A DNA stretch of 64,000 bases from Podarcis bocagei (lineage: Eukaryota): the NCBI GenBank assembly GCA_964188305.1, contig OZ076885.1; one strand, 5' to 3'. The position numbers were made by a program, and so were the translations under genes. Positions 23,626 to 36,842 of this stretch are shown one piece after another; positions within the stretch are counted from its first letter, which is position 1, and each line of letters begins with the position of its first letter. The notes beneath the pieces were generated by a model. That model was not told the DNA's origin, did not search any database, and was given only the letters and a program-made list of their open reading frames with translations.

Positions 23626-24871
23626 GCCCTGCAATTCCCATATACTCAAGTCTGTGCTACTCTTCCAACTACTGTATACTGCTAACAGGTTCAACTGTGG
23701 ACCATACTACACTACATGCATCCATATGTATCTTCCCTCTAATTTTCTTTTTTAACAGAAAACAACCTCTAGATCAGGTGTGGATCAGGAAGCTTTTTGG
23801 CCAGATCTTCATCTCCCCACACCCTGCAGGCTAACTTTGATAGGTGAGTCAATGAGCTGTCAATCAGCTGATGTCATAATGATGTCATAATGTTGTCAAC
23901 ATGCATTTCTGCATCTAGATGATGCAAGCTTCACCAGAGGTACAACAAGAGGAGCTGTGGAACTCTTTATCTGCTCGTTTTTCTACTTTAAATTGTTCCC
24001 CTCCCCAGCTGGTTTTCTCCAGAAATGATAAGGGGAAAAGGAATATGGTGAGAAGATGAGCAACACGACAATGAGAAATTATTATCCTGTCCATACAGGG
24101 GCAAGAGTGAAAATAAATGGTACTATGTATTCCATAATTTTACATTTGATGTGGTGGAGGAAAGGAAAAGTTTGTAGATAGCCATGGTTTAGCGTTGCCT
24201 CTCATCATAACCTTAATGCTATGAGCCTGAACAAAGCACTACAGTCACACACTCCCCCCTTCTCCTTGCCTCCTCCTGCATGGCTAAATCAGCAGAATTT
24301 ACTTTAGCTTTTAAAGAATCCCAGCTTAGTTACAATTGGACCAAGGATGTTGTTTTTATAGAAACTTCAGTTAGCCTATCAAAACAGGCCAGCTTCATAA
24401 TCCGTGGTTTCAAGTTGACTTGTTATGAAACTTACTAGAGTTTTGTTTTAAACCAGGATTCCTGGTTCAAAAATAATGCTAAGCCAATATACTTTAAAAG
24501 TGGAACTATACTCTGCCATAGTCAAAATAAAAAAATTCCTTCCAGTAGCACCTTAAAGACCAACTAAGTTCAACAGGAGGAGGAGGATGGAGAAGAGTCA
24601 GTCTTTCTCAAGCTCATTCTAGCTAAACTATCATTTAGCATTATGTGCAAATGCAACCAGAGTGTCATGCAGGGGGGAAAAGGAAAAATCTACACATGGC
24701 TGTATTATGCATACTATGGAGGAGGGAACATAAACATGGGTCAAACAGTCAATAATAACAGAACTGTAACTCTTTTCTCCTCCACACTACTATGCAGAGT
24801 ATGCATTTAGATAGAAATAGAAACTGCAGGAACCTTAGGTGTTCGGCCAGTTTGTAAGGAAAAACACCTAC

Positions 24872-25002
24872 CTTTCTGAGCTGTGTCCCAATAGCACCAC
24901 CCAGCATATTCTGATGTAGATAATGGACAATGTTCTTCTGTGTCTCTCGCTGATGGAAGAACACTCCTGTTTTTCTGACCATGGATCCATGGAAAGCTTC
25001 TC
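24872..25002 (-). CDS. DDB2: DDB2 coding exon 2 (DDB1-binding helix region)
   Basis: ggcag|GA GAA...AGA AAG|gtaggt, 131 nt; (G)EAFHGSMVRKTGVFFHQRETQKNIVHYLHQNMLGGAIGTQLRK. Confidence 0.9.
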
Positions 25003-28000
25003 CTGCCAGACAAAAGCAAAAGTTATATTACTACCTACTTACATGCTCACTTAGGACAGATTTCAGGTTTTTAAAAAATAAAATAAAAATGGACACATAC
25101 CCCAAACTGGAGCCAGGTGCAATGAAACAAAAAAAATACTTTAAAACAAATTCTAGTCAGTTTTCAAAACAAGCCACTTCAAATCATGAGTTATAAGGCT
25201 GGCTTGTTAAATTAACCAGAGCCTATTTTAAACTGCAGTCTCTGGTTTAATTGTAATAACAAGCCAGGATTCTGTGAAAGCAAAATAAAACACTGCTGAA
25301 GTCTCTTGCTGGACATGTTGAAGGAGGTAGGGCGTATACAAGCCCAAGTTTGGGTTGGACTGATTCCAGCTTCTTACACATTTAATGCTAAACTACTACA
25401 TGCAAAGTACTCCACTGAGCTCAATGAGGCTTACTCTCTGGTTAAGTATGAATAGCATTGCAGGTTAACTCTCACTACACTAGACTAGGAGCAGCAAACT
25501 TTGGCAACCACTGGTTAGGTGGGTGTATAATATTGAGTGGTTTAAGTTTCTGAGCTACTCCAACTCTTCAGTTGGCTGGGTGTTAAGCAAAAAAAACACA
25601 CCAAAATAGTAGAGGGCAATGAGAAGACTATGCAAGGAAATAACAATGGCTGCAACAGGCCTGAAAAAAAACAGAGGCTGTATTTTGCCCCCTTTCTGAT
25701 CTGAAATAGGTTAGCAGTCAGTATAGCTCTACCAGGTTAAAAATGAGCTAAAAACTAAGGCAGCTGGAGACATCATTCTTAAAGCACAGTGGAAGAAAAT
25801 AAATATTGGCCCAGTTTAGGATAAAAGCACAATATTCCAGATACTTCCAAAAGAATGAGTACATAAACCCCAGCCAAGCCCCCCGGAGTTCCTGCAGAAA
25901 CAGAATATTCCAGGTTTGTTCTGTAGCCTACAGAAAATGTGCAGAGCTATTGGCAGGCTGTTCTCAACAAACAAACCTGCTGACTCTTCATGGAAAAGTC
26001 TAAAAACACTGTTGTCCAGGGAGAATTTTGCTGAGCAACTCAGCTTGGGATTTGTTTTCGAACATTGGTTCTGTGTTTTGTGTTTAATTACCAGAGGCAT
26101 CTACAGCAACACAGAATCTGACTGCAACATATCTAATCACCCCCAAAGCAAAGGAATTCGGCATATTGCAATTTCTTAGGAGTCAGACGACAACAGTCCT
26201 CATCATGAGATAGAAGCAGATTAAATGAAACTCTTGAAACATGTATTTTTGCAAGGAAGGGTCCATAATAAAACAAAAGTGTTTCCTTAGTCAACCAAAA
26301 GGTGAGAATATTAAGGATGCAACCCCCATTCAAATAACAGCAAAACTCCCCACTGATTTTAACTGGCCTGGTAAATCTCTCTGTCATAGCAGCATACATA
26401 AAAAGGGGGCACAAACAGAGGTGTTGAGTGCTCCCCCATCCCTGGCAAGTACTTTTCTTATAGTCAGTCTTACTTTAAACCAGAGATTTCCAAACTGTGT
26501 GCTGTGACACCGTAGTGTGCACTTTGTAGGTGTGTCGCGTGAACACTTCCTGCACTCTTCCCGGGGCTGGAAAGGGGGTAGTTTAACCTCTGGTTTCCTA
26601 GTAAAACTGAATTACTGTGTTGCAAGTTGATGCATGCCTAAAAACTGTGTCACCAACATGGAAAGTGGAAAGCTCTGCTTTAAACAGTGGAGCATGAGAG
26701 TGCCTGAAAAGGGACTCTACTGGCCCTTTCCACCGCATGAATGGGGCAGACTCAGATTTCAAAAGATGCAGTCTCATTATTGCCACATACAATATTGGGT
26801 CTCTGTCATTCCTCAGCTGGGAGACTCCTCATCAGAGGACAACCTGTAGTCCCCAGCACTACCACAAGCCTGGGATCAGACTCAGGCTGAGGTGAGGCCA
26901 TCCACACCACAAGTGAGTTCAGCTTCTGGGGTTGCGTGTGCACAAGTCCTGAGTCTGGAGGGGAGATGGCACCTCAAATGCTAGACAGGATCCACCTCAA
27001 TAGAAGGGCCTGTCTGCAGACAAGCACTCCATAGGGGCCAATGAGACTTCTGGATGAAGGCAGCTGATAGGAGTCATCTGGATTTAGGGTGTGAGTCCAG
27101 CACTTCCAGCTCAAAAAAACCCCCATACTTGGCTGGAAGAACTGCTGGAACAATGCTTTTGTACCAGAACTGTGACAGATTTGGCTGACTGACTAGCCTA
27201 AGCCTGACCTCAGACCTGTCACCTGCCATGCCTTTGTTTGCCCATGGATTAAACTTGAAGATGACCTCAGACTATCCCGAGCTTGCCTCTCGCTAGGCTT
27301 CTTGTTTTAGGCCCTGATTACTTGGACCATAACCTTGGATACCACTTCTGCTTGTGCTCCTGTCAGTATTGCCTTAACCCTAATCCTGTTTCCTAAAGAA
27401 TCTAGTGAGAGCAGTACAGCCCAATTTTGAACATGCATGTGTCCAATGCTTTTACACTTCTAGCCTTATCTGCACTATTGAGAGACTTCTAATGTCAAAA
27501 GACTTTTAACACAGAGAGTTATATTTGGACCTGCTTATATCATGAAGATTATTTCTTTAAGAGGCTTTATTTTCTAACGTTTTTCGGGTTGTACAAAGCT
27601 TCATCTTCTTTTTAAAGCCAGTGCAGTTTTTTGAACAACACTCGTAAAATAACATTCAAACAAAAACTAAGTGAAGTGTTAAAATAGGTCCATAAAGGGA
27701 GATATGGAAAAGATAGATTAAAGTGCTTTTACCAGATAAATTGGAAAGGCAAAATATACTGGACTGCTGAATGGGATAAATAAGTTTCAAGGAAAGTTGA
27801 CCAAATGTTCCTGTACTTGTCTTTGTGTTCACATCAATGCATTACTAGTTCAAATAGGGAAAGGGAGTGTAAACCATTTATTCACTGTTGTATGGAAAGG
27901 AACAGCTTCTCCTTCCAGCATTGAAGCACCATTCATTTCTCTGACCCTGGAGCACACATGACTCAGGGCCCAGTGGTGAATTCCAAATAGCAGGAATGCA

Positions 28001-28447
28001 ATTGCAAAACATGCATATATCTGAAATATAATGAAGTTTGCAGGACCAAATTAAATAATTACCAGAACTCAAAAAGTGTTACAACTGAGCAGCCCCACAT
28101 GAAGCGGCAAAGAATTTGATTTCTGCTTCATATTGCTGTACAAAGCAAACTTTTAAAACTCTCCCAATTTCACTATGTGGGGATTAAATTACCTTTGTTA
28201 GTTAAGTGGCAAACCACCAAAACAAGCTGCATTTAGAGCTGATTTCATTATTACTATTTTGGCCTAGAGAGAAGCAAAAGGCTTGCAGGAAAAATGACAG
28301 GGGAAAAGATTAAATATGAAGAGATCAAATTACATGTACCCATGGTCTGTTAGCAATAGCAACTATCTGAACAAACAATACCACTAGAATCAAATTGAAT
28401 TAGCATTACATTGACACATATGAGAAATGTATGTTTTTAGGCCTTAC

Positions 28448-28622
28448 CCATTTTCTCCAGAATCTTGGGGGCTTTTTTCACAAGTAATTTATTTGCATAT
28501 GGCTCATTTTCCAGCTCTCTGGTGTCTCGCTTCCTTTTCCCAGTTGTTTTTGCCTCTTTTTCTGATGGACACTCAGGAGACTTTTGTAGTTTCTTGTCCC
28601 TTGACTGCTTCCCAGGGGCCAT
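28448..28622 (-). CDS. DDB2: DDB2 first coding exon, Lys-rich N-terminus; acceptor lies 1 nt before the ATG, so a non-coding exon is upstream
   Basis: accag|a ATG GCC...ATG G|gtaagg, 175 coding nt; MAPGKQSRDKKLQKSPECPSEKEAKTTGKRKRDTRELENEPYANKLLVKKAPKILEKM; phase 1 fits exon 2. Confidence 0.88.
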
Positions 28623-28879
28623 TCTGGTAAATCACTGAGAAAGACCAACAGAGTGGGGGATATAGTCATAGAAGAACTCTTTAGATTCTTAAGAAAAGTA
28701 GCATACATTTTTAAAGTAGCTTAAAATGGAAGTAAACAGCAAATGTAACATGAGATTTCAAGCCCCACCATTTCATAAATCCTCACCAATACTTTCTTAT
28801 TATGCATTCTCTTTTTACATTTATATCCCAGTTTTCTTCCATCATGGAACTCCAGATAGCATGCAAAAGTTCTGAGGAG

Positions 28880-28997
28880 GTTCTGAGTAAGTGTGACTAG
28901 CCCAAGGTCACCAAGCAGCTGCATGTGGAGGAGCAGGGAAGCGAACCCAGTTCACCAGATTATGAGTCCACCGCTCTTAACCACTACACCACACTGA
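28880..28997 (-). mobile_element. tRNA-derived SINE 5' fragment
   Basis: Reverse complement cagtgtggtgtagtggttaagagcggtggactc...gggttcgcttccc shows A-box and B-box-like motifs. Confidence 0.65.
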
Positions 28998-30769
28998 CTT
29001 TCCTTTCTGCAGGATCCAACAACCCCCTCAGTCAATTTCATTTCTTCCCAGAAACTAAGGATTACTCGCTTAGTACTGTATAGGTATTCTTCTCCCTTCC
29101 CTTGATCTTAAGAGGATAAGAGCAAGGAATATCAGAAAACAATGAATTGCCATGAAATTGCCATAATTGAAGTTGTTCAATCTCTGAAGCATCAGACGTT
29201 AGTAATTGACTGGATGAGGGCAAAACAGACTGAAGCTTAATCCACACAAGACAGAGATTCGGAACAGATAAAGTACGCCATTATGCAGCGCACAGTTAAA
29301 TTATGCAATCAACCTCCATAAAATAATATTCTTGTGTACAGTCTATAGATATTTTAACTTGAAGCAGTCAAAAGGTGTTTAATTATTCTACAGCTGCATT
29401 TCACAATTATTATTTTTTAAAAAATTATTATTAAATTTATTACCTGCCCTTCATCAACAGCTCCCAGAGTGGGTTACAACAATTTAAAATTCAGTGTTAA
29501 AAACAGGTCAAACAAATGGTCACAGGAAAAGGTTGGTAACTTGAAACACACACACATCTCAGATGCCAAATGCTAGGGTAAATAAACAACAGCCCAGTAA
29601 TGAGAAGCAGACCGGTAGTGGTTGTAAGCAGGGGGAGATGAAAAATCAGAGTGGGGTGGGACTGCGTTCATATCAATTATTCTCAGCAGGAATAAAACCT
29701 CATTTAATTCTGAATAAAACATACCAAAACGAACTGACTATATATTATTCTGTAAAGGCAACATGCCTGGGGGGGGGGGGGTGAAATAATGTGAAATAGC
29801 AAAAACACTTTGACAAACATACTCCAGTATCCTCAATCCAGCTTCTCCTGTTTTCCCCCCTGCTGCTCTGAAGGGCTTCTCCCAAGTCCCAAGTGGGGAG
29901 GAGGAGGTCAACATTCATTCATCTGGTTCCTTAGGGTCAGTCCTTAACAATGGTGCTGCCTGCGGAGTGCCAAAGCACTGAAGCTACCTCCATGTTTTGT
30001 GCCCTAACTTTCTTCAGAAATGGCCAAGTGATTTACTTTTTTGATAAAAAATGAAAGCGAAAAATTAGAAGGGGGTTTTCTGCTGGTCTTGGGGCCCCCA
30101 AATCCTATCCATTTTGCCATCTGTTAGTGGTCCTGGGTCAACCTGTATTCAAAAGGCACTGGAAGCAAATGTAGCCAATGGTTGCTAGACAAATTATGCC
30201 TGCTCTTTCCAAACACATTTATAATACAGTAGTTTCCTAATGGCCATACGATATATAATGACAAAGCAATTTATTTTACCACATGTTTATTATCAAAATA
30301 TATAAGTACAAGGAGTTGTGGCATAGCTAGTGTGTGGCGGTGTGCATTTGAATATGAGACCCTCAGAACAAAAACCCTGTTTAACACCTTGTGTTGTCAG
30401 TGTCCTTAATAATAACGATGGTGATGATGATGATACTTTGGGGCATTATTCAGTGGCTAAAAAGCTCCCCTTTCATGCTGACTGGGCAGCTCTAGGACGC
30501 TGGAGACAGAGACCTTCCTGCATGAAAAAAAAAAATAACGGGTCTTCGACCCCTGCAACCCTGAAATACTACACCACTGATCTTAACACACAAAATATTT
30601 TCACCAGTCTGGAGCAATAGCTAAGTGCAATGATCAGAAAAGAAAGGAAAAAATTCAAGAAACCATCGTAGAAGGAAATACTGCAGGGGGGCTACTCCTC
30701 CTCTCTCTCCCTCAAATACAGCACGTGAAACAACTTTCAGTTTTATGTAAGTTCAATATTATTAGCATA

Positions 30770-31460
30770 CCAGAGGCGGGCCAAATAGTACAAGGCTGCC
30801 TAAGTAGAACCGCCCGCCCTCCTCACCCTGGACCAAAACGAAAAAAGCCCACCGCCTTTCAGGCGTGAGGGGACTTTGAAATAAGGTTGGGGGCAGCAAG
30901 GCGGAGCCCGAAGCAAAGAAGGAGGTCCTTGGCGTCGGATAGCGAGAAGCAGGGAATGCAAGCGAAGGGGAGGGCTGTGTATCCTCCGAGGGGGGAAAGC
31001 GCCTCCCGAGCGCGGGAGCCTCCGCCACAAGTTGCAAGGGGTGCAAAGGGGAAGCGGTAGCCAAGGGCGCCCCCTCACCTGAACTCCCTTGACCGCACGC
31101 TCCTTGCTAACGAGGCCGCGCCGGCTGAGGAGTGGATGGACAAAAGACGCGGGAAGAAGGAGCCGCCTCCTCGCCGGTTTCATAACCTGAGCGGGGGGGG
31201 GGGTAAAGGAAGGAAGGAAGGAGGGAGCCGAGAAGAGCTTTACGCGGGAAATTAGTCGGGTTCCGGCGTGGCTTCGGAGTGGGAACCGTGCGGCTGGCAG
31301 GCGAGCAGGCAGCCTCCCTCGGCTGAGCGCTTTCTCTTTCCTCTCGCCGGAAGGAGGCGCCACGAAATGGTCTGCAGCTGCACCGAGAAAGAGCTCTCCC
31401 CGCGGCCTTATGTTTACGTATAACCTAAACAAGCTATAGTTTAGGGCCGCACTCTCTTAG
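30770..31460 (-). promoter_or_regulatory. DDB2: DDB2 CpG-island promoter and probable non-coding first exon
   Basis: Abrupt CpG/GC enrichment; minus-strand donor CAG|gtgagg at 31079/31078; E2F consensus TTTCCCGC at 31244-31251; GC boxes. Confidence 0.75.
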
Positions 31461-34400
31461 AGCCCCCCCAAAAAAAATTAAAGGGGAAAAAACGATGTAC
31501 ATTTCCGAAATATAAGATAGAAAACAAATAAAACCTATATACAGCAACAGTGTTTTGTGTTGTGTAGGCTCCTTTTTCTTATGTGCAAATGGCTTTAGAT
31601 ACCTATTAGGTCCATAAATTACCATATAGCATATATTCAACACAAAAAACAGCGGCAATTTGTTGTTGACAAAGGACAGCTGGACATAGAAAGGGCCCCA
31701 TTACCTTCAGCAGCTTTGATCCGGCCCTGGTTACACCAGAATTTGGCCCTGGCGGCTGATTTATTTGTTCTTTAAATCGTAGGAAGAGAGATATAGGAGG
31801 GTGGTTGCTTCTGTAAGTGCCGCTGGGAAGCATCCTGGGGCGGGGAGGGGAAATAAGTTATCTGAACGTGTGCAGAGTGCCACGGCCATAACCACTGGCA
31901 GCTCAAATGCATAAACAGGTTCGGCCTGCGCCATACTCGAACCCCGGAATCAGTTAGCATAGGAGCCAACTCCTAGGGGCCGAGGGGGTCTTCGCCCCTC
32001 CGCCCCAAAACTGATGGGCATTGCCATTCAAATTGAGTGCACTGTGTCATGTGATTGATTATGCGGGTGGGGCTTACCTAGGTTCACCCCCCCCCCCAAT
32101 ATTTTATTCAAGTTGGCACCCCTGGCACTTGGAAACTTGTGGGAAAGTGGAGGTTGGGAGATAAATCCCTAAAAAGGAAAGAAATCCATGAATATAGTAT
32201 GCTACATTTGTGACATTGTTTATTCCAGCTCCTACTGGACGACACTCGTGGACATGGTGCAGTAGTGTATAAAAAGCTGGAAATCATGGAAAGTTCCAAG
32301 CCAGCATGGATTCATATATGAATGTTTCCTCATTTAAGAAACCCCATGCATGGGGGGGTGGGGGGAGGCATGTTAGAAAGGAGTGACAAGAATGGTATCT
32401 CAAATACAGCAGTTGCTAGTTATTGTTTTTGCAATGTTTTAAAGCTATTTTTAACTTTTTACTGGTAATTCCATTGTTCTTTTTATAAACAATTTTGAAG
32501 GTGTATTTTTTTTCTTACAATCAAGGTATAATTTTTTTATTAAATAAATAACATTACAGATTTTAGGCAGGAACCACTCGAACGTGATTCCTCATCCTAC
32601 AGTCTGAAGCTATATGGTCAAGTTAAGAATTGCATCGAATGTTTCTGATTATGTAGCTCAGTACTCTGATTCTCATGAAGATGGAAGCTTTCTATGCTTC
32701 TCTTAGGTGGCTGTTGTACTGTGAGATTGTGTTGCTGGCAACCCCTTCCTATACTTCAGGTTATTGACCACTAACTAAATCATGTGCCCTCCTTGCACAT
32801 TAGGCAGGGATATCAGCCTGAAACCGTCTTTCTGGCCTGCATACATTCACCAAACCATCTGTACACTCACTGCATATGTATACAAACTTTTTATGTGTGG
32901 CCAGGGATCCTAGGCACACATAGTTAGGTAGCTCATCAAAATTAAGTTTCATTTCATTCTGTACCTTAAAACATGCGGAAGTCACCTAGGATTATTTTTT
33001 TACATGTATAATAATTTTAAATTAGCAGCAATCTTTCATGCACTGTGTCAATGTCAAAAGGAAAAGGACTTCCAGCACAGATTCATTATTAGGAAAGCAA
33101 AATGATGGACAAATGGCAATACTCTGCCAGGAAGGAAAGAGCAATCAAGAGCTGCCAAATGAGAGAGGGAAAGAACAATCAAATGCAAATTGCATCAGGC
33201 ATGTTTTAATCTATTATTGATGCTGCAATTGATTAAAAAGCCAAATTAATCAATTCATTATTTCAGCTCTAATTGTATCCACAGTCAAACCTCATTTGAG
33301 TAAATTAAAAGGCACATATTGGATGCAGTTTACAAGCTACTTTTTCTGGAATAGTCTATGCTGCTGTTCTGGATTATTCATTGCTCTCATTGTCTTCTTT
33401 TCAGAGACCTATGGATTCCCATCCATTGTCAATGGTTATTCAGTAAATGCAAATTGTCAAAAAATATATAGATGTTTCCTTTTACATCCTATTCATAAAC
33501 CCTGAGACATCAGTTACTTCACCGGCTTGAGAAGGATATATAAATCAACAGCTAAAGGGAATACTTTGCCATGGACTAATTGGGATTTTTGTCATACTAA
33601 TTTGCATTTGCTTCATATTTGAAAGCATAAAACTGTATGTTTCTTCAAACTTAAGCTGATGCACACTTACCCAGAAGTCTCATTGCTTTATTTTCTTTAG
33701 ACAACAGTATTTTTTCATACTTTCTAATATTTGTATTGTTCCTTTTTATTTTATATTAAAAAATACAATAAAGATCATATTGAAAAAGAAGTCTCACTTT
33801 GTTCAATGAGACTTACTTCCAAGTGAATGCGCACAGAACTGCAGCCTTATAATTATGTTAAAAAAAATGCCACAAGTGGATGTAGCATTAGAACAGGGGT
33901 CTGGATGTGGCCAGCAGGCCATCTCCCCTTGCCCCTCCCCCATGGGCCAAGTTTGACAGGTGGATCCATCTGTCTAACAATCACTAGATGTCACTTTGCC
34001 TGTGAAGTGTGCACAACATTTGTCTGTTGCCAACCACCAGCTGGTGGGTGAGAGTGGGGAAGCCCTGTGCACAGGTCTATTTCATCCATCCATCCATTTA
34101 TTTATTTTAATAATTGACATACCACTTAACTGCAATAGCCTCTAAGCAGTTTACAGAAATAAAAGAGAAGCAATACAAATAATCTGAAACTATAATAAAT
34201 TTAAAATGCATGCTGGGATTAAAAAAAAAAGTCTGGAGTAGGCACCAGAGGTTCAGCAGGGAGGGGGCCTATGTGCTAGGAAGGGATTTCCCCTGTGCCA
34301 ACAATTAGCTGATCATCGGTGTCTGCAACACACCTTAGTTGGCCACTGCCTCCCTTGTTCCATGAATCCCAACGGTTGCCACCCTTCCTTGTAATTCAAC

Positions 34401-35487
34401 ACAACCATTGCCTCGGTTTTGCATACCAGAAGACCAGGAACTAACCTTTCTGAGTAAGCACACTTGGCACATCTCTGCTAACTCCCAAAGTGGTTGTGGG
34501 TTTGGTTTTTTTAAGATGGATTTTAATATAGACAATTGTCTGTAGACAGAATATTACAGCTGAGCAGCTGTACTGAAGGGGGAAGGATCTTGCTCTGAGC
34601 AGTACTTTGATGGGAAACCACCTGGGAATCCTGTGTAAGCCACTCTGAGATGCTTGGAGGAAAAGCGGAGTATAATAAAGTGGAAACATATAACGAAAGA
34701 CCTGGTGCGCTGAACCTGGGTGGCCCTGTTTTTATCGGTTTTGAAGCAAATGGATGCCACCCACAGAGAAGATAGTGGATCCTACATCCAAAGCAAACTC
34801 GCCCAGCTATGCGGAAGTATAACAGCGTGTAAATAAATAAATAACCAAGCAGGCTGATAAGGACCTGTGCTAATCTGTTCCTAGGCCTTACAAAATACTG
34901 AGAACAACTGTTGAGGGTGTCAGTTTGGTACTGGGGAGAAGGGAAATTGACCAAGAAGACTTATTTGGCCTGAGATCTTCTATACATTGTTGGAACTCCT
35001 ATCAGTCCCAGCTAGCATGACCAATTGTTAGGGATTATTATTAAGATGGAGTCCAGCATCTGTAGAGCTGCATGTGCCCTGGTCCTGATGCACAGTATCC
35101 TGGAGAGAGGAATTAGGAAGCTGAGGCTGTGTTCCATGGAGTTCAAAGCTGCCCACCCACACTCTGTATGGGAAGTTTCAGGAAGGAAGAAATATTTTCT
35201 TTTCACACTCTTTGGAAGCTTTACCTTTATGTATCAATAATGTGTTTAGGTTCAGAGCTGGATGTCAGTGCTGAACCTGAGACCTTTGAGCATTATAAAT
35301 AGCATGGGAAAAGGTTTCAGGCAGGCAGGTTGGGGGGGGGGGGAATAGCATCTTAAGACTTTTCTCTTTTTTTCTCTGTCCCTTCCTGCAAGCTCTGAAC
35401 AGCATTACACGTCTTCTCTTCCAGCAGTGGCTGGAAGGATGGAAGCATTCCTGTCAGTCTGCAGATACAAGGCAACATTTTGTTGTA

Positions 35488-35567
35488 CAGGGTGAGTCCT
35501 TTAAAAGAGGCCCCATGGATACAGAGTACACATGTTCCATGGGGCCTCTTTTAAAAGACTCGCCCTG
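35488..35567. mobile_element. 80-bp palindromic mariner-type MITE
   Basis: 32-bp TIRs CAGGGTGAGTCCTTTAAAAGAGGCCCCATGGA matching at 30 of 32 positions, 16-nt spacer, TA on both sides. Confidence 0.85.
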
Positions 35568-35754
35568 TATGTTCCATTTCAAGTGTCCTTATTTCAACTT
35601 CAGGATTCAGTGTAAATATTTATGAAAGATGAAAAATTGAACTGACTCATTAAATATTAAGAGAGTTATGTGTTTGGAAAAGAACAAAAACAACAACAAC
35701 AACACCCAGATACCTGGCCATGTTATCTGTCTTTTGTGGAAAAACCAGTGAAGT

Positions 35755-36330
35755 GTCTTCTGGCACCTTAAAGACAAACACATTTCTTATGACGTAAACC
35801 TTTGTGCACTACAGTCCATTTTCATCATATGCATGAAGTTTTATTCTGAGTTGTAAGTATATATACACTCTTTTGGGGGGGAGGGTATTGTAAAAAGTGA
35901 GGGCAGAGGGAAATGAAATGCAGAAAAGTACAGACATTGAAAATTACATACTTAACAGCAATAATTCACAAAACAATTCTTGATGGCACAGACATCCTAG
36001 CATTGGTAAGCCAATTAATACATATAATGTGCTAAAAATCCTTTGGCTTGGCTCAATCCACAAGTGATAGCATTGAAATTCTTGATCTATTGTAATTCAG
36101 CAAGTCTCCCTTTGAACTTCATTTGTTCCATGGCTACATAAGAGACTGGCCTGTTTGTCCTATGTTGAATGCCCAAGGGCATCACTGGCTGGTGATGCAG
36201 TAAATCACATTGGAAGATGATCATGTGAATGAACCCTGCATGTTGTGGGTGGCATTATTAGGTCCTGTAATAGTGTTGTCAAAGTAATTATAAGGACAAG
36301 GTTTGCATATAAGTCTGTCACAGCAGAATC
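35755..36330 (-). mobile_element. Degenerate Penelope-like retroelement fragment
   Basis: ggcaccttaaagac...ttcatca(t/g)atgc terminal motif, also seen at about 21230-21320 and 24545; no intact ORF. Confidence 0.45.
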
Positions 36331-36623
36331 TCTTTCCAAGGAAATGAAGGTAAAAAATCCACTACTGTCAGCATACTGCATGGACTATTGTGAGAGATCA
36401 ACAGAATTTAGTTTTAGGGGGTTTAAAAGACAAAGGATTTTTATCAATTTCCATCATCCCTGGCCATGCTTGCTAGGGCCAATGAGAATTCTAGTTCGGA
36501 AAGAGCTGGAGGGTCAAAGGTTACCACTCCTGCTCCAGAGCAAGGCTGAAATTAATGTTTTTAAATATGTGGTTTACTCAAGAGTATGGACTACAAGTCT
36601 GAGACCTAATCTTGATCAGATTC

Positions 36624-36842
36624 CAGTTGTACCTCGGAAGTCGAAAAGAATCTGCTCCCAAAGTCCGTTCAACTTCTGAAACATTCGACTTCCAAAGTGC
36701 GGCTTCCGAATGGTTGCAGGAAGCTCATGCAACCAATTGGAAGTTGCAGAAACCCTGTTGGATGTTCAGCTTCTGAAAGAACATTAGAAAACCGGAACAC
36801 TCACTTCAGGTTTTCGATTGTTCGGGAGCGGAGGTACGACTG
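36624..36842. mobile_element. Tc1/mariner (Tigger-like) MITE, diverged
   Basis: CAGTTGTACCTC...GAGGTACGACTG|TA. Confidence 0.7.

Noticed and set aside
26800-27420. Possible solo LTR (TGT...ACA, compositionally distinct) in DDB2 intron 1
   Set aside because: No matching target-site duplication or second copy in the window; needs a repeat library.
29062-29247. 61-aa minus-strand ORF upstream of the DDB2 ATG exon
   Set aside because: No good acceptor and no resemblance to DDB2 N-termini.
30762-31432. 210-aa and 100-aa minus-strand ORFs
   Set aside because: Lie in the DDB2 CpG island; low-complexity and not in frame with DDB2 after splicing.
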